Source: Bacteroidales bacterium (lineage in GTDB: Bacteria > Bacteroidota > Bacteroidia > Bacteroidales > UBA7960). From it: a stretch of DNA of 64,000 nt. The number at the start of each line of letters is the position of its first letter. Within the stretch, counting starts at the first letter, position 1. Positions 39,277 to 48,409 of the stretch are shown here, piece by piece. The stretch spans positions 6,235 through 70,234 of the forward strand of contig PWKN01000260.1 in NCBI GenBank assembly GCA_003559735.1. Direction: 5' to 3'. Under the pieces are notes generated by a model that did not search any database, was not told where the DNA came from, and saw only the letters and a list, made by a program, of their open reading frames with translations. Both the position numbers and the translations under genes were made by a program.

Positions 39277-40515
39277 ATGGAGCAAACCATATTTTTGGTG
39301 ATCATCCTGATCATCGTCCTCGACTTCCTGTTTGACCGCATCATGGATTATCTGAACAGTACCCGTTGGAGCAAAAAGTTGCCCGAGGAGCTCAAAGGGA
39401 TCTATGATGAGGATAAATACAGGAAATCGCAGGAGTATGCCAGGACAAATATGCGCTTTGGATTGCTGACCAGCACATTGTCCTTCGTATTTATCCTGCT
39501 GATGCTGTTGTTTGGCGGGTTTGGGTTCCTGGATTCACTCGTCAGACAGTATACGGACCACCCTGTATGGATGGCTGTGTTGTTTTTTGGTATACTGGGA
39601 CTCGCATCCGATATACTGTCCACGCCATTTGATCTATACGGGACATTCGTCATTGAAGAAAAGTTTGGATTTAATAAGACCACGCTGAAGACCTACGTCC
39701 TGGATAAGATCAAGGGATGGATGCTGGCTGTACTGATAGGAGGCGGATTGCTGGCCGTTTTTGTGTGGTTCTATGCGGCCGCGGGATCATTGTTCTGGCT
39801 GTATGCCTGGATCGTATTTACTGCTTTCAGCATTTTTATGATGATGTTTTACAGTACATTGATCGTGCCGCTTTTCAATAAACAGAAACCTCTTGAAGAG
39901 GGCCCCCTCCGGGAAGAGATAGAGCGGTTTGCAAAAAAAGCGGGTTTCAGACTTGACAATATTTTTGTAATTGACGGTTCGAAAAGAAGCACCAAGGCAA
40001 ATGCCTATTTCAGCGGAATTGGTCCGAAGAAACGCATTGTATTATTCGATACGCTGATCAAGGAGCACAGCAAAGAGGAGCTGGTCTCGGTACTGGCCCA
40101 CGAGATAGGGCATTACAAGAAGCGGCACACATTGAAAGGTGGTGCTGTCTCGGTTCTGCATACTGGGGTGTTGTTGTTTTTGCTGGGATTGTTCATTAAC
40201 CGTCCGGAATTATCAGGTGCCCTGGGTGCATCAGAACCGAGCTTTCATATGGGGATACTGGCCTTCGGCTTGCTTTATGCACCTTTTTCCCTGGTTCTGG
40301 GGGTACTGGGGAACAGGCTGAGCAGGAAGTACGAATACCAGGCGGATGCTTTTGCCGCCCGGCACTATGATGCCAGGCCACTGCAGGATGCATTGAAAAA
40401 ACTGTCTGTAAACCACCTGAGCAACCTGCGGCCCCATCCGGCTTACGTTTATGTGCATTATTCGCATCCCCCCTTGCTGAAGAGGCTTGCCTGTCTCGAC
40501 AGGTTCAGGCAATGA
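39277..40515 (+). CDS. M48 family integral-membrane zinc metallopeptidase (Ste24/HtpX-like)
   Basis: LAHEIGHYKKRH motif, multi-TM N-terminal half, C-terminal YSHPPLLKRL. Confidence 0.8.
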   Translation: MEQTIFLVIILIIVLDFLFDRIMDYLNSTRWSKKLPEELKGIYDEDKYRKSQEYARTNMRFGLLTSTLSFVFILLMLLFGGFGFLDSLVRQYTDHPVWMAVLFFGILGLASDILSTPFDLYGTFVIEEKFGFNKTTLKTYVLDKIKGWMLAVLIGGGLLAVFVWFYAAAGSLFWLYAWIVFTAFSIFMMMFYSTLIVPLFNKQKPLEEGPLREEIERFAKKAGFRLDNIFVIDGSKRSTKANAYFSGIGPKKRIVLFDTLIKEHSKEELVSVLAHEIGHYKKRHTLKGGAVSVLHTGVLLFLLGLFINRPELSGALGASEPSFHMGILAFGLLYAPFSLVLGVLGNRLSRKYEYQADAFAARHYDARPLQDALKKLSVNHLSNLRPHPAYVYVHYSHPPLLKRLACLDRFRQ

Positions 40516-40619
40516 GGCCCGTCATTATTGTCCCGGTGCCGGCTGAACGGCCATCGGATGCCGGAAAAGGACGCAGTACAGACCATATGATCTTTTAATG
40601 GACAAATTATAAGGGTGTA

Positions 40620-41891
40620 ATGAAACGATCGTCGCCACCGTTGGCAGAGAAGCTTCGTCCTGTGACCCTGGATGACTATCTGGGACAGCAGCATCTTGTG
40701 GGTGACGGTGCGATATTGAGGAAGTCTTTGGATAGCGGCCAGATTCCCTCGATGATATTATGGGGGCCCCCCGGGGTTGGCAAAACAACACTTGCTTCAT
40801 TGATCTCCCATCAGCTGATGCGTCCGTTCCATACTCTGAGTGCCGTCAGTTCGGGGGTTAAGGATGTGCGTGAGGTGATCAATAAGGCCCGGGAGTCTGG
40901 TGGCTCTGCCATATTGTTCATTGATGAGATCCATCGTTTCAGTAAGTCTCAACAGGATAGCTTGCTGGGGGCAGTGGAAAAAGGGATCATCACGCTGATT
41001 GGTGCTACCACAGAGAATCCGTCTTTTGAGGTGATATCGCCCTTGCTGTCGCGCTGCCAGGTATATATCCTCAAAGAACTCGATACTGGCGACCTGGAGC
41101 TGCTGCTTGCCAAGGGGATAGAACTGCTGCAACGGGAGACCGGAAAGCAAATTGAGGCAAAGGAATCGGAGGCGCTGATACGCATTTCGGGGGGAGATGC
41201 CCGCAAGCTTCTGAACGCGCTTGAGCTGGCTGTTCAGGCAGACAATGAAGAACGGGTTGTGCTGACCAACAAAAAAGTGCTTGGGGTTATCCAGCAAAAC
41301 CTTGTGCTGTATGACAAGGCAGGGGATATGCATTATGATGTGATATCTGCATTTATCAAATCGGTACGGGGCAGCGATCCCAATGCAGCGGTATATTACC
41401 TGGCGCGGATGATCGAAGGGGGTGAGGACCCAAAGTTTATTGCACGCAGGCTGGTCATACTGGCTTCGGAAGATATTGGCAATGCCAATCCAAATGCCCT
41501 GCTGCTGGCAACATCGTGCTTTGAAGCAGTGAACATGATCGGCATGCCCGAAAGCCGCATCATTTTGTCACAGACCACCATATACCTTGCTGCTTCTCCC
41601 AAAAGCAACTCAGCATACCTGGCCATTGGCAAAGCCCAGGAGCTGGTGAAAAAAACCGGCAATCTGCCGGTACCGCTCAGCATCAGGAATGCGCCCACCG
41701 GGTTAATGAAAGCGACCGGTTATGGGAAAGATTACCTGTATGCACACGATCACAAAGATCATTTTGCCGATATGGAGTTTATGCCCGGGAAGATTGCGGG
41801 GAAAACCTTGTATGAACCATCAGACAATGCAAGGGAGAAGGAAATGCGGACACGCCTGAGGCTGTTGTGGAAAAACAAATACGGCTATTGA
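40620..41891 (+). CDS. rarA: Replication-associated recombination protein A (AAA+ ATPase)
   Basis: Walker A GPPGVGKTTLA. Walker B/sensor LFIDEIHRFSKSQQD. MgsA_C-like C-terminus. Confidence 0.85.
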   Translation: MKRSSPPLAEKLRPVTLDDYLGQQHLVGDGAILRKSLDSGQIPSMILWGPPGVGKTTLASLISHQLMRPFHTLSAVSSGVKDVREVINKARESGGSAILFIDEIHRFSKSQQDSLLGAVEKGIITLIGATTENPSFEVISPLLSRCQVYILKELDTGDLELLLAKGIELLQRETGKQIEAKESEALIRISGGDARKLLNALELAVQADNEERVVLTNKKVLGVIQQNLVLYDKAGDMHYDVISAFIKSVRGSDPNAAVYYLARMIEGGEDPKFIARRLVILASEDIGNANPNALLLATSCFEAVNMIGMPESRIILSQTTIYLAASPKSNSAYLAIGKAQELVKKTGNLPVPLSIRNAPTGLMKATGYGKDYLYAHDHKDHFADMEFMPGKIAGKTLYEPSDNAREKEMRTRLRLLWKNKYGY

Positions 41892-41947
41892 CAACTGCAG
41901 GTTTTTGCCTGTTTTATATATGCAGGGTGGCATGAACATCAGAGCTT

Positions 41948-43135
41948 ATGACATATAGGGACCATTTTTTCAAATACCTGGCACAAACATCGTCTTTCCC
42001 GCTGGCACTTGAGATTGAAAAGGCTGAGGGGATATATATGTATGGCACGGATGGCAGGGAGTATATTGATATGATCAGCGGCATTTCCGTAAGTGCTGTC
42101 GGTCACCGTCATCCTGACGTTGTTGCAGCAATGAAGGAACAGCTTGACCATCACCTCCATCTGATGGTTTACGGGGAGCTGATCCAGCCGCCCCAGACCA
42201 ACCTTGCCTGTTTGCTGACCGGCCACCTTCCCGCTACACTCAACAATGTATACCTGGTAAACTCAGGCAGTGAGGCCATTGAGGGGGCCCTGAAGCTGGC
42301 GAAGCGATATACCCGGCGGACAGAAGTGGTGGCTTTTAAGGATGCATACCATGGAAGCTCACATGGTGCGTTGAGCATAACCGGACGGGAAGCAATCAAA
42401 CAGTCATTCCGTCCACTGTTGCCCGATATCAGGCATATTGTCTTTAATGACCCTGGCATGCTGGATCAAATAACGAAACGGACGGCCTGTGTTGTTGCTG
42501 AGACCATACAGGGTGAAGCGGGGGCTGTTGTGCCCGGTAAAAATTTTATGCAGGCACTGCGTCAGCGGTGTTATGATACCGGTGCATTGCTCATTCTCGA
42601 TGAGATCCAGGCAGGGATGGGACGCACGGGTGAACTTTGGGCATTCAGTCATTTTGGCATCGAACCCGATATACTAACGCTGGCCAAAGGTTTTGGAGGG
42701 GGAATGCCGCTGGGAGCCTTTATAGCCAGCAGGGAAATGATGCGTTGTTTATCGGAACGACCTGTCCTGGGTCATATTACCACTTTCGGTGGGAATGCCC
42801 TTTGCTCTGCCGCAGCAACAGCCACACTGCAGACAATCATCGGAAAACGGCTGTGGGAAAATGCGGTCAGGCAGGAAAAAACCATCCGCAAGCACCTCAT
42901 CCATAATGACATTCTTAAAATAAGAGGGAAGGGACTGTTGCTGGCGGTTGAATTTGACAGCGCAGACCGATGCAAAAAGATCATTGACCGGTGCCTGGAA
43001 GGTGGACTGCTAACTGACTGGTTTTTGTTTGCTGATCACTGTATGCGCATTGCACCACCGCTGACCATAACCAGTGAAGAAGTTGAAAAAGCATGTGCTG
43101 TTATTTTGCAGGCTGTGGAAGATGTTGCTGGTTGA
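41948..43135 (+). CDS. Class III PLP-dependent aminotransferase (acetylornithine/ornithine aminotransferase-like)
   Basis: SGSEAIEGALKLA, DEIQAGMGRTG and TLAKGFGGGMPLGA (PLP-lysine region). Confidence 0.8.
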   Translation: MTYRDHFFKYLAQTSSFPLALEIEKAEGIYMYGTDGREYIDMISGISVSAVGHRHPDVVAAMKEQLDHHLHLMVYGELIQPPQTNLACLLTGHLPATLNNVYLVNSGSEAIEGALKLAKRYTRRTEVVAFKDAYHGSSHGALSITGREAIKQSFRPLLPDIRHIVFNDPGMLDQITKRTACVVAETIQGEAGAVVPGKNFMQALRQRCYDTGALLILDEIQAGMGRTGELWAFSHFGIEPDILTLAKGFGGGMPLGAFIASREMMRCLSERPVLGHITTFGGNALCSAAATATLQTIIGKRLWENAVRQEKTIRKHLIHNDILKIRGKGLLLAVEFDSADRCKKIIDRCLEGGLLTDWFLFADHCMRIAPPLTITSEEVEKACAVILQAVEDVAG

Positions 43136-43228
43136 TTTATAAAGAGATTGTTAGTATCTTTAGGGCTTGATAGGAAGTGATCATTGTTGTGAATACACTT
43201 GTGACGACACACAATATACAGAAGGTGT

Positions 43229-43936
43229 ATGGATGCCAGACTCAAGAGCCTCTTAAGCAAAAGACCCTTGCAAAGCCTGCCGGTCAGGGGGTTTTTCAGC
43301 AACTATCCGGTTGTCAAACATTTAAAACAGGGTGATTTTTTACTGATCACAGGAAAAAGTGATTATGTATGGGCTTATCTATGCGGGGAAAATCCTGAAG
43401 AGCTTTTACAGCTGCTGGACAAGTTTGGCTATGAAACGCTCTATTTTGCAAATGTTGAGGAATGGATGTTGCCGGCATTGACACACGTCAGGAAGATTGA
43501 ATGGAAACTTACCACGCACCGGTATTATCTTTCTGATGAAAAAACCGTTGAAACTCCTGACTATGTGTCGCAGGCGCTTGACCCCGCCATGGCCGAATAT
43601 ATTTACAGCCATTCTGCATACAAGGATTTTACCTCAGAGGGCTATATCAGGGAACGGCTTGTTAAAGATGTTTCGGCCGGTATCTGGATCGACGGGGAGC
43701 TTGTGGGATGGGGATTGACCCACGATGATACATCGCTTGGCTTTCTGCAGGTCATTCCCCGTTACCGTGGTCAGGGTCTGGGTGAAAGCATATTGCGTTT
43801 TTTGATCATGGATAAAAAAACAAAAAAGAAACCCGTTTTTGTGAACATAGAACCACACAATCACCAGTCCATCAACCTGGTAAAAAAACTTGGTTTTGAT
43901 TTTGACCGCGAAGTAAGCTGGGTAAAGCTTGTATGA
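43229..43936 (+). CDS. GNAT family N-acetyltransferase
   Basis: Acetyl-CoA-binding motif RYRGQGLGESI in the C-terminal half. Confidence 0.65.
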   Translation: MDARLKSLLSKRPLQSLPVRGFFSNYPVVKHLKQGDFLLITGKSDYVWAYLCGENPEELLQLLDKFGYETLYFANVEEWMLPALTHVRKIEWKLTTHRYYLSDEKTVETPDYVSQALDPAMAEYIYSHSAYKDFTSEGYIRERLVKDVSAGIWIDGELVGWGLTHDDTSLGFLQVIPRYRGQGLGESILRFLIMDKKTKKKPVFVNIEPHNHQSINLVKKLGFDFDREVSWVKLV

Positions 43937-43948
43937 ACAACCCGCCGG

Positions 43949-45040
43949 TTATTTCTTTGTGAAGACAAAAAGCTCCGTATGTTCGTTGTTCCGGATTTGT
44001 TGTACCCAGGACCTTGACCTGGTTGCTTTTTCCTCAACTTTTTGCCTGTCATACGCAATCATGGTGAAGTCACTGCGATGTGCCGCGAGCATATCCTCAA
44101 CCGGGTGTTCTCCAGTGATGCCGGCCACCTGTGCAAAATCAGAGAAGAGGATACAGATGGTGGTACCTGGCAAACATTTGTCCCTAAGCTCATCGAACAA
44201 TCTGTCGAAAAAGCCGGCCTGGTAATAACAACCGCCGTCAAGTGCTGTTTCTGCTTTTCCTGGTATCCATGGCGGATTACACACCACCAGGTCATCCGCA
44301 CCAGGGAGAAACTGTCCGAAGAAACTCCCCTGCTCAGCCAGAATGGAGTGCCCGGGATATATGTCCGACCGCTGCACATCCATTCGTATGCTGTAGATGG
44401 CATTGGGATTGATATCTGTTGCAGCTACCTTGCCGATGCCTCTTTTATACATGATAAAGGACAAAATACCACAACCGGCACCAATATCCAGTGCACCGGC
44501 GAATGTTTTGTCAGTTCCAGCCAGCCACCGATCAAACAGGTGCAGGTGTCCGAAGCGGGTTGGAAAGTACACACCATAGAAAGGGTGTACAGTATGGTTG
44601 ATCACCGGGTACCTGATCCCTTTCTCATACCACTGCCTGGCACCATTCAATCCAAGGTAATCGGGAAAGGTCATATACAAAACACTCATTCCCGGATAAA
44701 AATCGTTCAGCCATTGATTTACCGGTGCTTTATCCAGACAGGCCTTTCCGTCGTGAACACCGATCCAAAGCTTTGACAGGGATGCATGGAGCATAGCGCG
44801 GTGCTTTCTTGAGGAAAGATAGTCACGTACCGGGACTTTTTTCCTCACCTGTTGTTTGATCCAGCTGTAAAATGACAATGCAAACCCGTACGTCCCTGTA
44901 AGATGAATGTCATAACCGTTGTTCAGCAGGAACATCATCTTTTTAAAGGGAGTCCCCGGAATGACTTCCTTCATGCCTGCCGCTGTATTTCTAACGACTG
45001 GTTTTATAAGATTGCCGTGGGGTGGCGGCTGGTTTTTCAT
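43949..45040 (-). CDS. Class I SAM-dependent methyltransferase with NPPW motif and about 170-aa N-terminal extension
   Basis: ALDIGAGCGILS (motif I) and VVCNPPWIPG (motif IV of amino-group N-methyltransferases). Confidence 0.65.
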   Translation of the reverse strand: MKNQPPPHGNLIKPVVRNTAAGMKEVIPGTPFKKMMFLLNNGYDIHLTGTYGFALSFYSWIKQQVRKKVPVRDYLSSRKHRAMLHASLSKLWIGVHDGKACLDKAPVNQWLNDFYPGMSVLYMTFPDYLGLNGARQWYEKGIRYPVINHTVHPFYGVYFPTRFGHLHLFDRWLAGTDKTFAGALDIGAGCGILSFIMYKRGIGKVAATDINPNAIYSIRMDVQRSDIYPGHSILAEQGSFFGQFLPGADDLVVCNPPWIPGKAETALDGGCYYQAGFFDRLFDELRDKCLPGTTICILFSDFAQVAGITGEHPVEDMLAAHRSDFTMIAYDRQKVEEKATRSRSWVQQIRNNEHTELFVFTKK

Positions 45041-45088
45041 TGGTTATCCAGGTTTTGATCAGCGAAATAATGCCACTCTTTCATTGCA

Positions 45089-45096
45089 CAAAGATA
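45089..45096 (-). promoter_or_regulatory. -7 promoter motif (TATCTTTG on minus strand)
   Basis: TAnnTTTG match about 48 nt upstream of the methyltransferase ATG at 45040. Confidence 0.35.
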
Positions 45097-45302
45097 ATGG
45101 TCGCACGGGTATGATTGGTTATGGGTTATAACATCTTTTTACGCCATAATGGCATAGCCAGAAGCGGTAAATGCCGAAAAGATCAATGCAAAGCATAAGG
45201 ACGGCGTCTTGCTGATCTCTGTTCCGAAGCGGGAAGAGGCAAAGCGGAAGCCACCGAAACAGATAGACATATCATAGGATTTCAGGGCACATTAATCAAC
45301 GA

Positions 45303-45326
45303 AGAGACCACCAGGAGGTGGTCTCT
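45303..45326 (-). terminator. GC-rich hairpin immediately after the pullulanase stop codon (possibly a bidirectional intrinsic terminator)
   Basis: agagaccacc-agga-ggtggtctct. A T5 run follows on the plus strand, and the minus strand reads tcgttgatt after the stem. Confidence 0.45.
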
Positions 45327-45328
45327 TT

Positions 45329-47365
45329 TTATATGCTGGCTGTATCGGCGAGCATCAGTATGGATCGTGCAGGGACTGTTGCTGATTGTTCACATTCATG
45401 ATCGAAGCCCTGGGTGTCGACCCCTTTCTCGTTAATGCCATATTTCGTTGCCACTATACGGTATTTGCCTGCTGGCAGTGATACGGTAACTTTGTGTGGA
45501 TTTGCATTGAAAAATACCACGATATGTTTCCATTTGTCGCCGTTGGCGTTGTTTTTGATCTGAAAGCCCACGATCAGTGGGTCATCGCACGGCAGGAAAT
45601 GCAGGTGTTCCTGTATCATGCTTGTCCGGGTCATCCGAAAGGCAGGATGGTTTTTACGCAATGCGATCAGGTCGCGGTAGAAGGCAAACACGTTATAGTA
45701 TTCTGCTTTGTTATGCCATACCAGTTGGTTGATGTGGTCGGGAAGGTTATAGGTATTGTGTTCTCCTGATTTTGTTCGTACAATCTCTTCACCGGCATGC
45801 AGGAATGGTATTCCCTGGCTGGTGAGCACAATGGCATTGGCGAATTTTTGAATGGCCAGTTTGTCTTCGGTGCTGCACCCGGCGCATGTGTAGACTGTTT
45901 TATCCCACAGGCAGGGATTGTCATGGCACGTAACGTAGGTGATTGTTTTCTGAGGTTTGTCGGCGCAGGGCTTTTTGGAATACATTACTTTTTCATAGTT
46001 GACCTGCGGATGGTCTGTTGATGCCACGATGCCATACCTGATGCTTTCTCTCATTCCGTGCGCACCCGCCATGAATCCCGGTATCTCGTTGTTTGTCCAC
46101 GCACCCCTGATGGCATCGCGGATATCATCGCTGAAGACCGCAATTCCGTCAAGATGCCGGGCATGATCTTTCAGTGCCCGGTTTTCCAGGGGTAATGGTG
46201 TGTCACCACCGGTCCACCCCTCACCATACAACAAAACATGTCCGGGCAGTACCTTTCTTATTTCATTCATTGTTTCGATGTCGTGCAGTCCCATCAGGTC
46301 GAACCGGAAGCCGTCGATATGGTATTCGCTGTGCCAGTATTTCAGTGACTCTATCATAAACTGGCGCATCATGGGCCTTTCCGATGCCGTTTCATTACCG
46401 CATCCTGAACCATTGGCATAGCTCCCATCGGGGTACAGGCGGAAAAAATAGCCCGGCGAAAGTTGCTCGAAAGGGGATCCGGGCGCATCGTACATATGGT
46501 TATACACAACATCCATGATCACCCCAATTCCGTTCTGATGCAGGCACTGGACCATTTGTTTGAATTCAGTGATGCGCACCCTGCCATCGTAAGGATCGGT
46601 CGCATAGGAGCCTTCCGGAACATTGTAATTTTTTGGATCATAGCCCCAATTGTACTGGTCATCGTTGGATTGTGCTTCATCAATGGTCTGAAAGTCAAAC
46701 ACAGGCAGCAGGTGAACGTGTGTTACCCCAAGCTCTTTCAGGTGGTCTATCCCGGTTGGTAACCCTTCCGGACTACGTGTGCCGGTTTCGGTGAATGCCA
46801 GGTACTTTCCCTTGTTCTTTATTCCGGACGAGGGGTGGACGGAGAAATCACGGAGATGGATCTCCCATATTATGGCGTCTGTATGATCATCTAACTGTAC
46901 CGGTCGATCATGGTCCCACCCCTCCGGCTCTGTTTCAGCCAGATCGATGATCATGCCTCTGTTGCCATTTACGCCTACAGCCCGGGCCTGGGGGTCGGGC
47001 ACCTCGCCGGACCATTTTTCGTCAATCCGGGCCTGCAGCGTATAGAACAGGTTTTTTTTGTCGCCCTCCAGGGTAAGTGACCAGCATCCGTCAGCATCCT
47101 TATTCATAGGGATGCGCTCCAGCGGTGCCCCGTTATGTCCATGTTCATAAAGGATAAAGAGCACTTTGGAGGCTGATGGTGACCATATTTTTACAAAAGT
47201 TTTGTTACCCGTATAATGAACACCCAGGTCGTTTCCTTTGTATACAGGGTATTGTTTCCATCGTTCATGTATCGGATGCATCAGATAATGGTTTTTATAT
47301 TTCAGTAACCTGAACCCGGCCCTTTTGTGCCGGACAGGTGTCATTTGGTTGTGCACGAAGATCAA
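45329..47365 (-). CDS. pulA: Type I pullulanase (GH13)
   Basis: YNWGYDP signature. GH13 regions VIMDVVYNH, GFRFDLMG, LYGEGW and YVTCHDN. Start uncertain (candidates at 47365, 47344, 47281). No obvious signal peptide. Confidence 0.85.
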   Translation of the reverse strand: MIFVHNQMTPVRHKRAGFRLLKYKNHYLMHPIHERWKQYPVYKGNDLGVHYTGNKTFVKIWSPSASKVLFILYEHGHNGAPLERIPMNKDADGCWSLTLEGDKKNLFYTLQARIDEKWSGEVPDPQARAVGVNGNRGMIIDLAETEPEGWDHDRPVQLDDHTDAIIWEIHLRDFSVHPSSGIKNKGKYLAFTETGTRSPEGLPTGIDHLKELGVTHVHLLPVFDFQTIDEAQSNDDQYNWGYDPKNYNVPEGSYATDPYDGRVRITEFKQMVQCLHQNGIGVIMDVVYNHMYDAPGSPFEQLSPGYFFRLYPDGSYANGSGCGNETASERPMMRQFMIESLKYWHSEYHIDGFRFDLMGLHDIETMNEIRKVLPGHVLLYGEGWTGGDTPLPLENRALKDHARHLDGIAVFSDDIRDAIRGAWTNNEIPGFMAGAHGMRESIRYGIVASTDHPQVNYEKVMYSKKPCADKPQKTITYVTCHDNPCLWDKTVYTCAGCSTEDKLAIQKFANAIVLTSQGIPFLHAGEEIVRTKSGEHNTYNLPDHINQLVWHNKAEYYNVFAFYRDLIALRKNHPAFRMTRTSMIQEHLHFLPCDDPLIVGFQIKNNANGDKWKHIVVFFNANPHKVTVSLPAGKYRIVATKYGINEKGVDTQGFDHECEQSATVPARSILMLADTASI

Positions 47366-47478
47366 TCCATGTTTCCAGGATCAGTCAGGTCAGATGATGC
47401 GTTCACCTGGTTCTGGTGCATAAAACAGGATTTTCGCAGTGCAAATATAGTGATCATAGGGAGACTTCACCGGGTAGT

Positions 47479-48270
47479 TTACTCACTGTGTTTGGAAAAA
47501 CCGGTTGCATAATTGATCACATAGGTATAACCAGTGGGATAAGCAGGATGTTTGTCTTTTGCTGTTCCAGCGAGGTGAAGCTGTGGGTCGAGGATGATCC
47601 GGCGATGGCTTCTGTTGTACACCTGGTCATCTATAAGCAGGTACAATACGGCATCGTGCGCAGAAAAGCTTCCATAGGCAATATTTTCGGCGATCCTGTC
47701 GGTCCATTCACCAAAGCGTTCGATCCGTCTGCGCATCCCTCCTTGTCTGCCGTGCCCCCTGATCCCCCGTTCACACAGATAGTTTACGTGTGTTTGAGCC
47801 GCCAGCGACAGTCCATCTGAGGGATAAAGGAGTCCCATTGGCCTGGTTCGCATCAGTTCAGTATACAACTCCAGGGCAGGTTCAACGCCTTCCCTGGTTA
47901 TCATGATCGTTGAAATACCGGGGTAATGAAATTCATTTCCCTGAAAATAGCCGATGTATTCGTTTACATAAAGCCGGGCAAACCTGGCAGGATCATATCG
48001 GACAAGGTTGTGTGCCAGGATTATGTTCTTTTCGTCATCATCAAGGTAATCTGCATTAATGGCGGTATTCAGACTGTCGGCCGGCCATTTGTCGGCAAGC
48101 AGCCGCATCACATACTCCTCATTAGAGAGGTTGGGGTCAGAGACACGCATTTTGCTGGACTGCGATGGTTTTGGCTGGGGGAACAACAGTGTCCGGCATG
48201 AGGAAAAGATCAGCGTAACCAGCAGGGTGAACAGCAGGACTTTGTAATTATTCACCAGGTGATTGTGCAT
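47479..48270 (-). CDS. CAP/SCP/PR1-like domain lipoprotein
   Basis: Lipobox LIFSSC. HNLVRYDPARFA..., AAQTHVNYL...GHGRQGG...RIERFG...ENIAYG...SHRRIILDP fits the CAP-domain pattern. Confidence 0.55.
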   Translation of the reverse strand: MHNHLVNNYKVLLFTLLVTLIFSSCRTLLFPQPKPSQSSKMRVSDPNLSNEEYVMRLLADKWPADSLNTAINADYLDDDEKNIILAHNLVRYDPARFARLYVNEYIGYFQGNEFHYPGISTIMITREGVEPALELYTELMRTRPMGLLYPSDGLSLAAQTHVNYLCERGIRGHGRQGGMRRRIERFGEWTDRIAENIAYGSFSAHDAVLYLLIDDQVYNRSHRRIILDPQLHLAGTAKDKHPAYPTGYTYVINYATGFSKHSE

Positions 48271-48409
48271 ATAATGTCATTGGTGGCCATATGGCCCGCA
48301 TTGTAATTAATACAGGATAGGGTAATGAAACCAAACCCGGGGATAAAAATACAATAACCTGGCAACTTCACCAAACAGTTACCGGTCGGGAATGTGCACC
48401 AAGCATTGT

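Noticed and set aside
40797-41333. 178-aa minus-strand ORF
   Set aside because: It is antisense to rarA.
44042-44776. 244-aa plus-strand ORF
   Set aside because: It is antisense to the NPPW methyltransferase, which has clear SAM-binding motifs. This ORF has no recognisable motifs.
45100-45330. Plus-strand small RNA ending at the hairpin-T5 at 45303-45330
   Set aside because: I found no TAnnTTTG-type promoter on the plus strand in 45040-45300 and no match to RNA families I can recognise (SRP, 6S, RNase P, tmRNA). The hairpin is adequately explained as the pullulanase or a bidirectional terminator.
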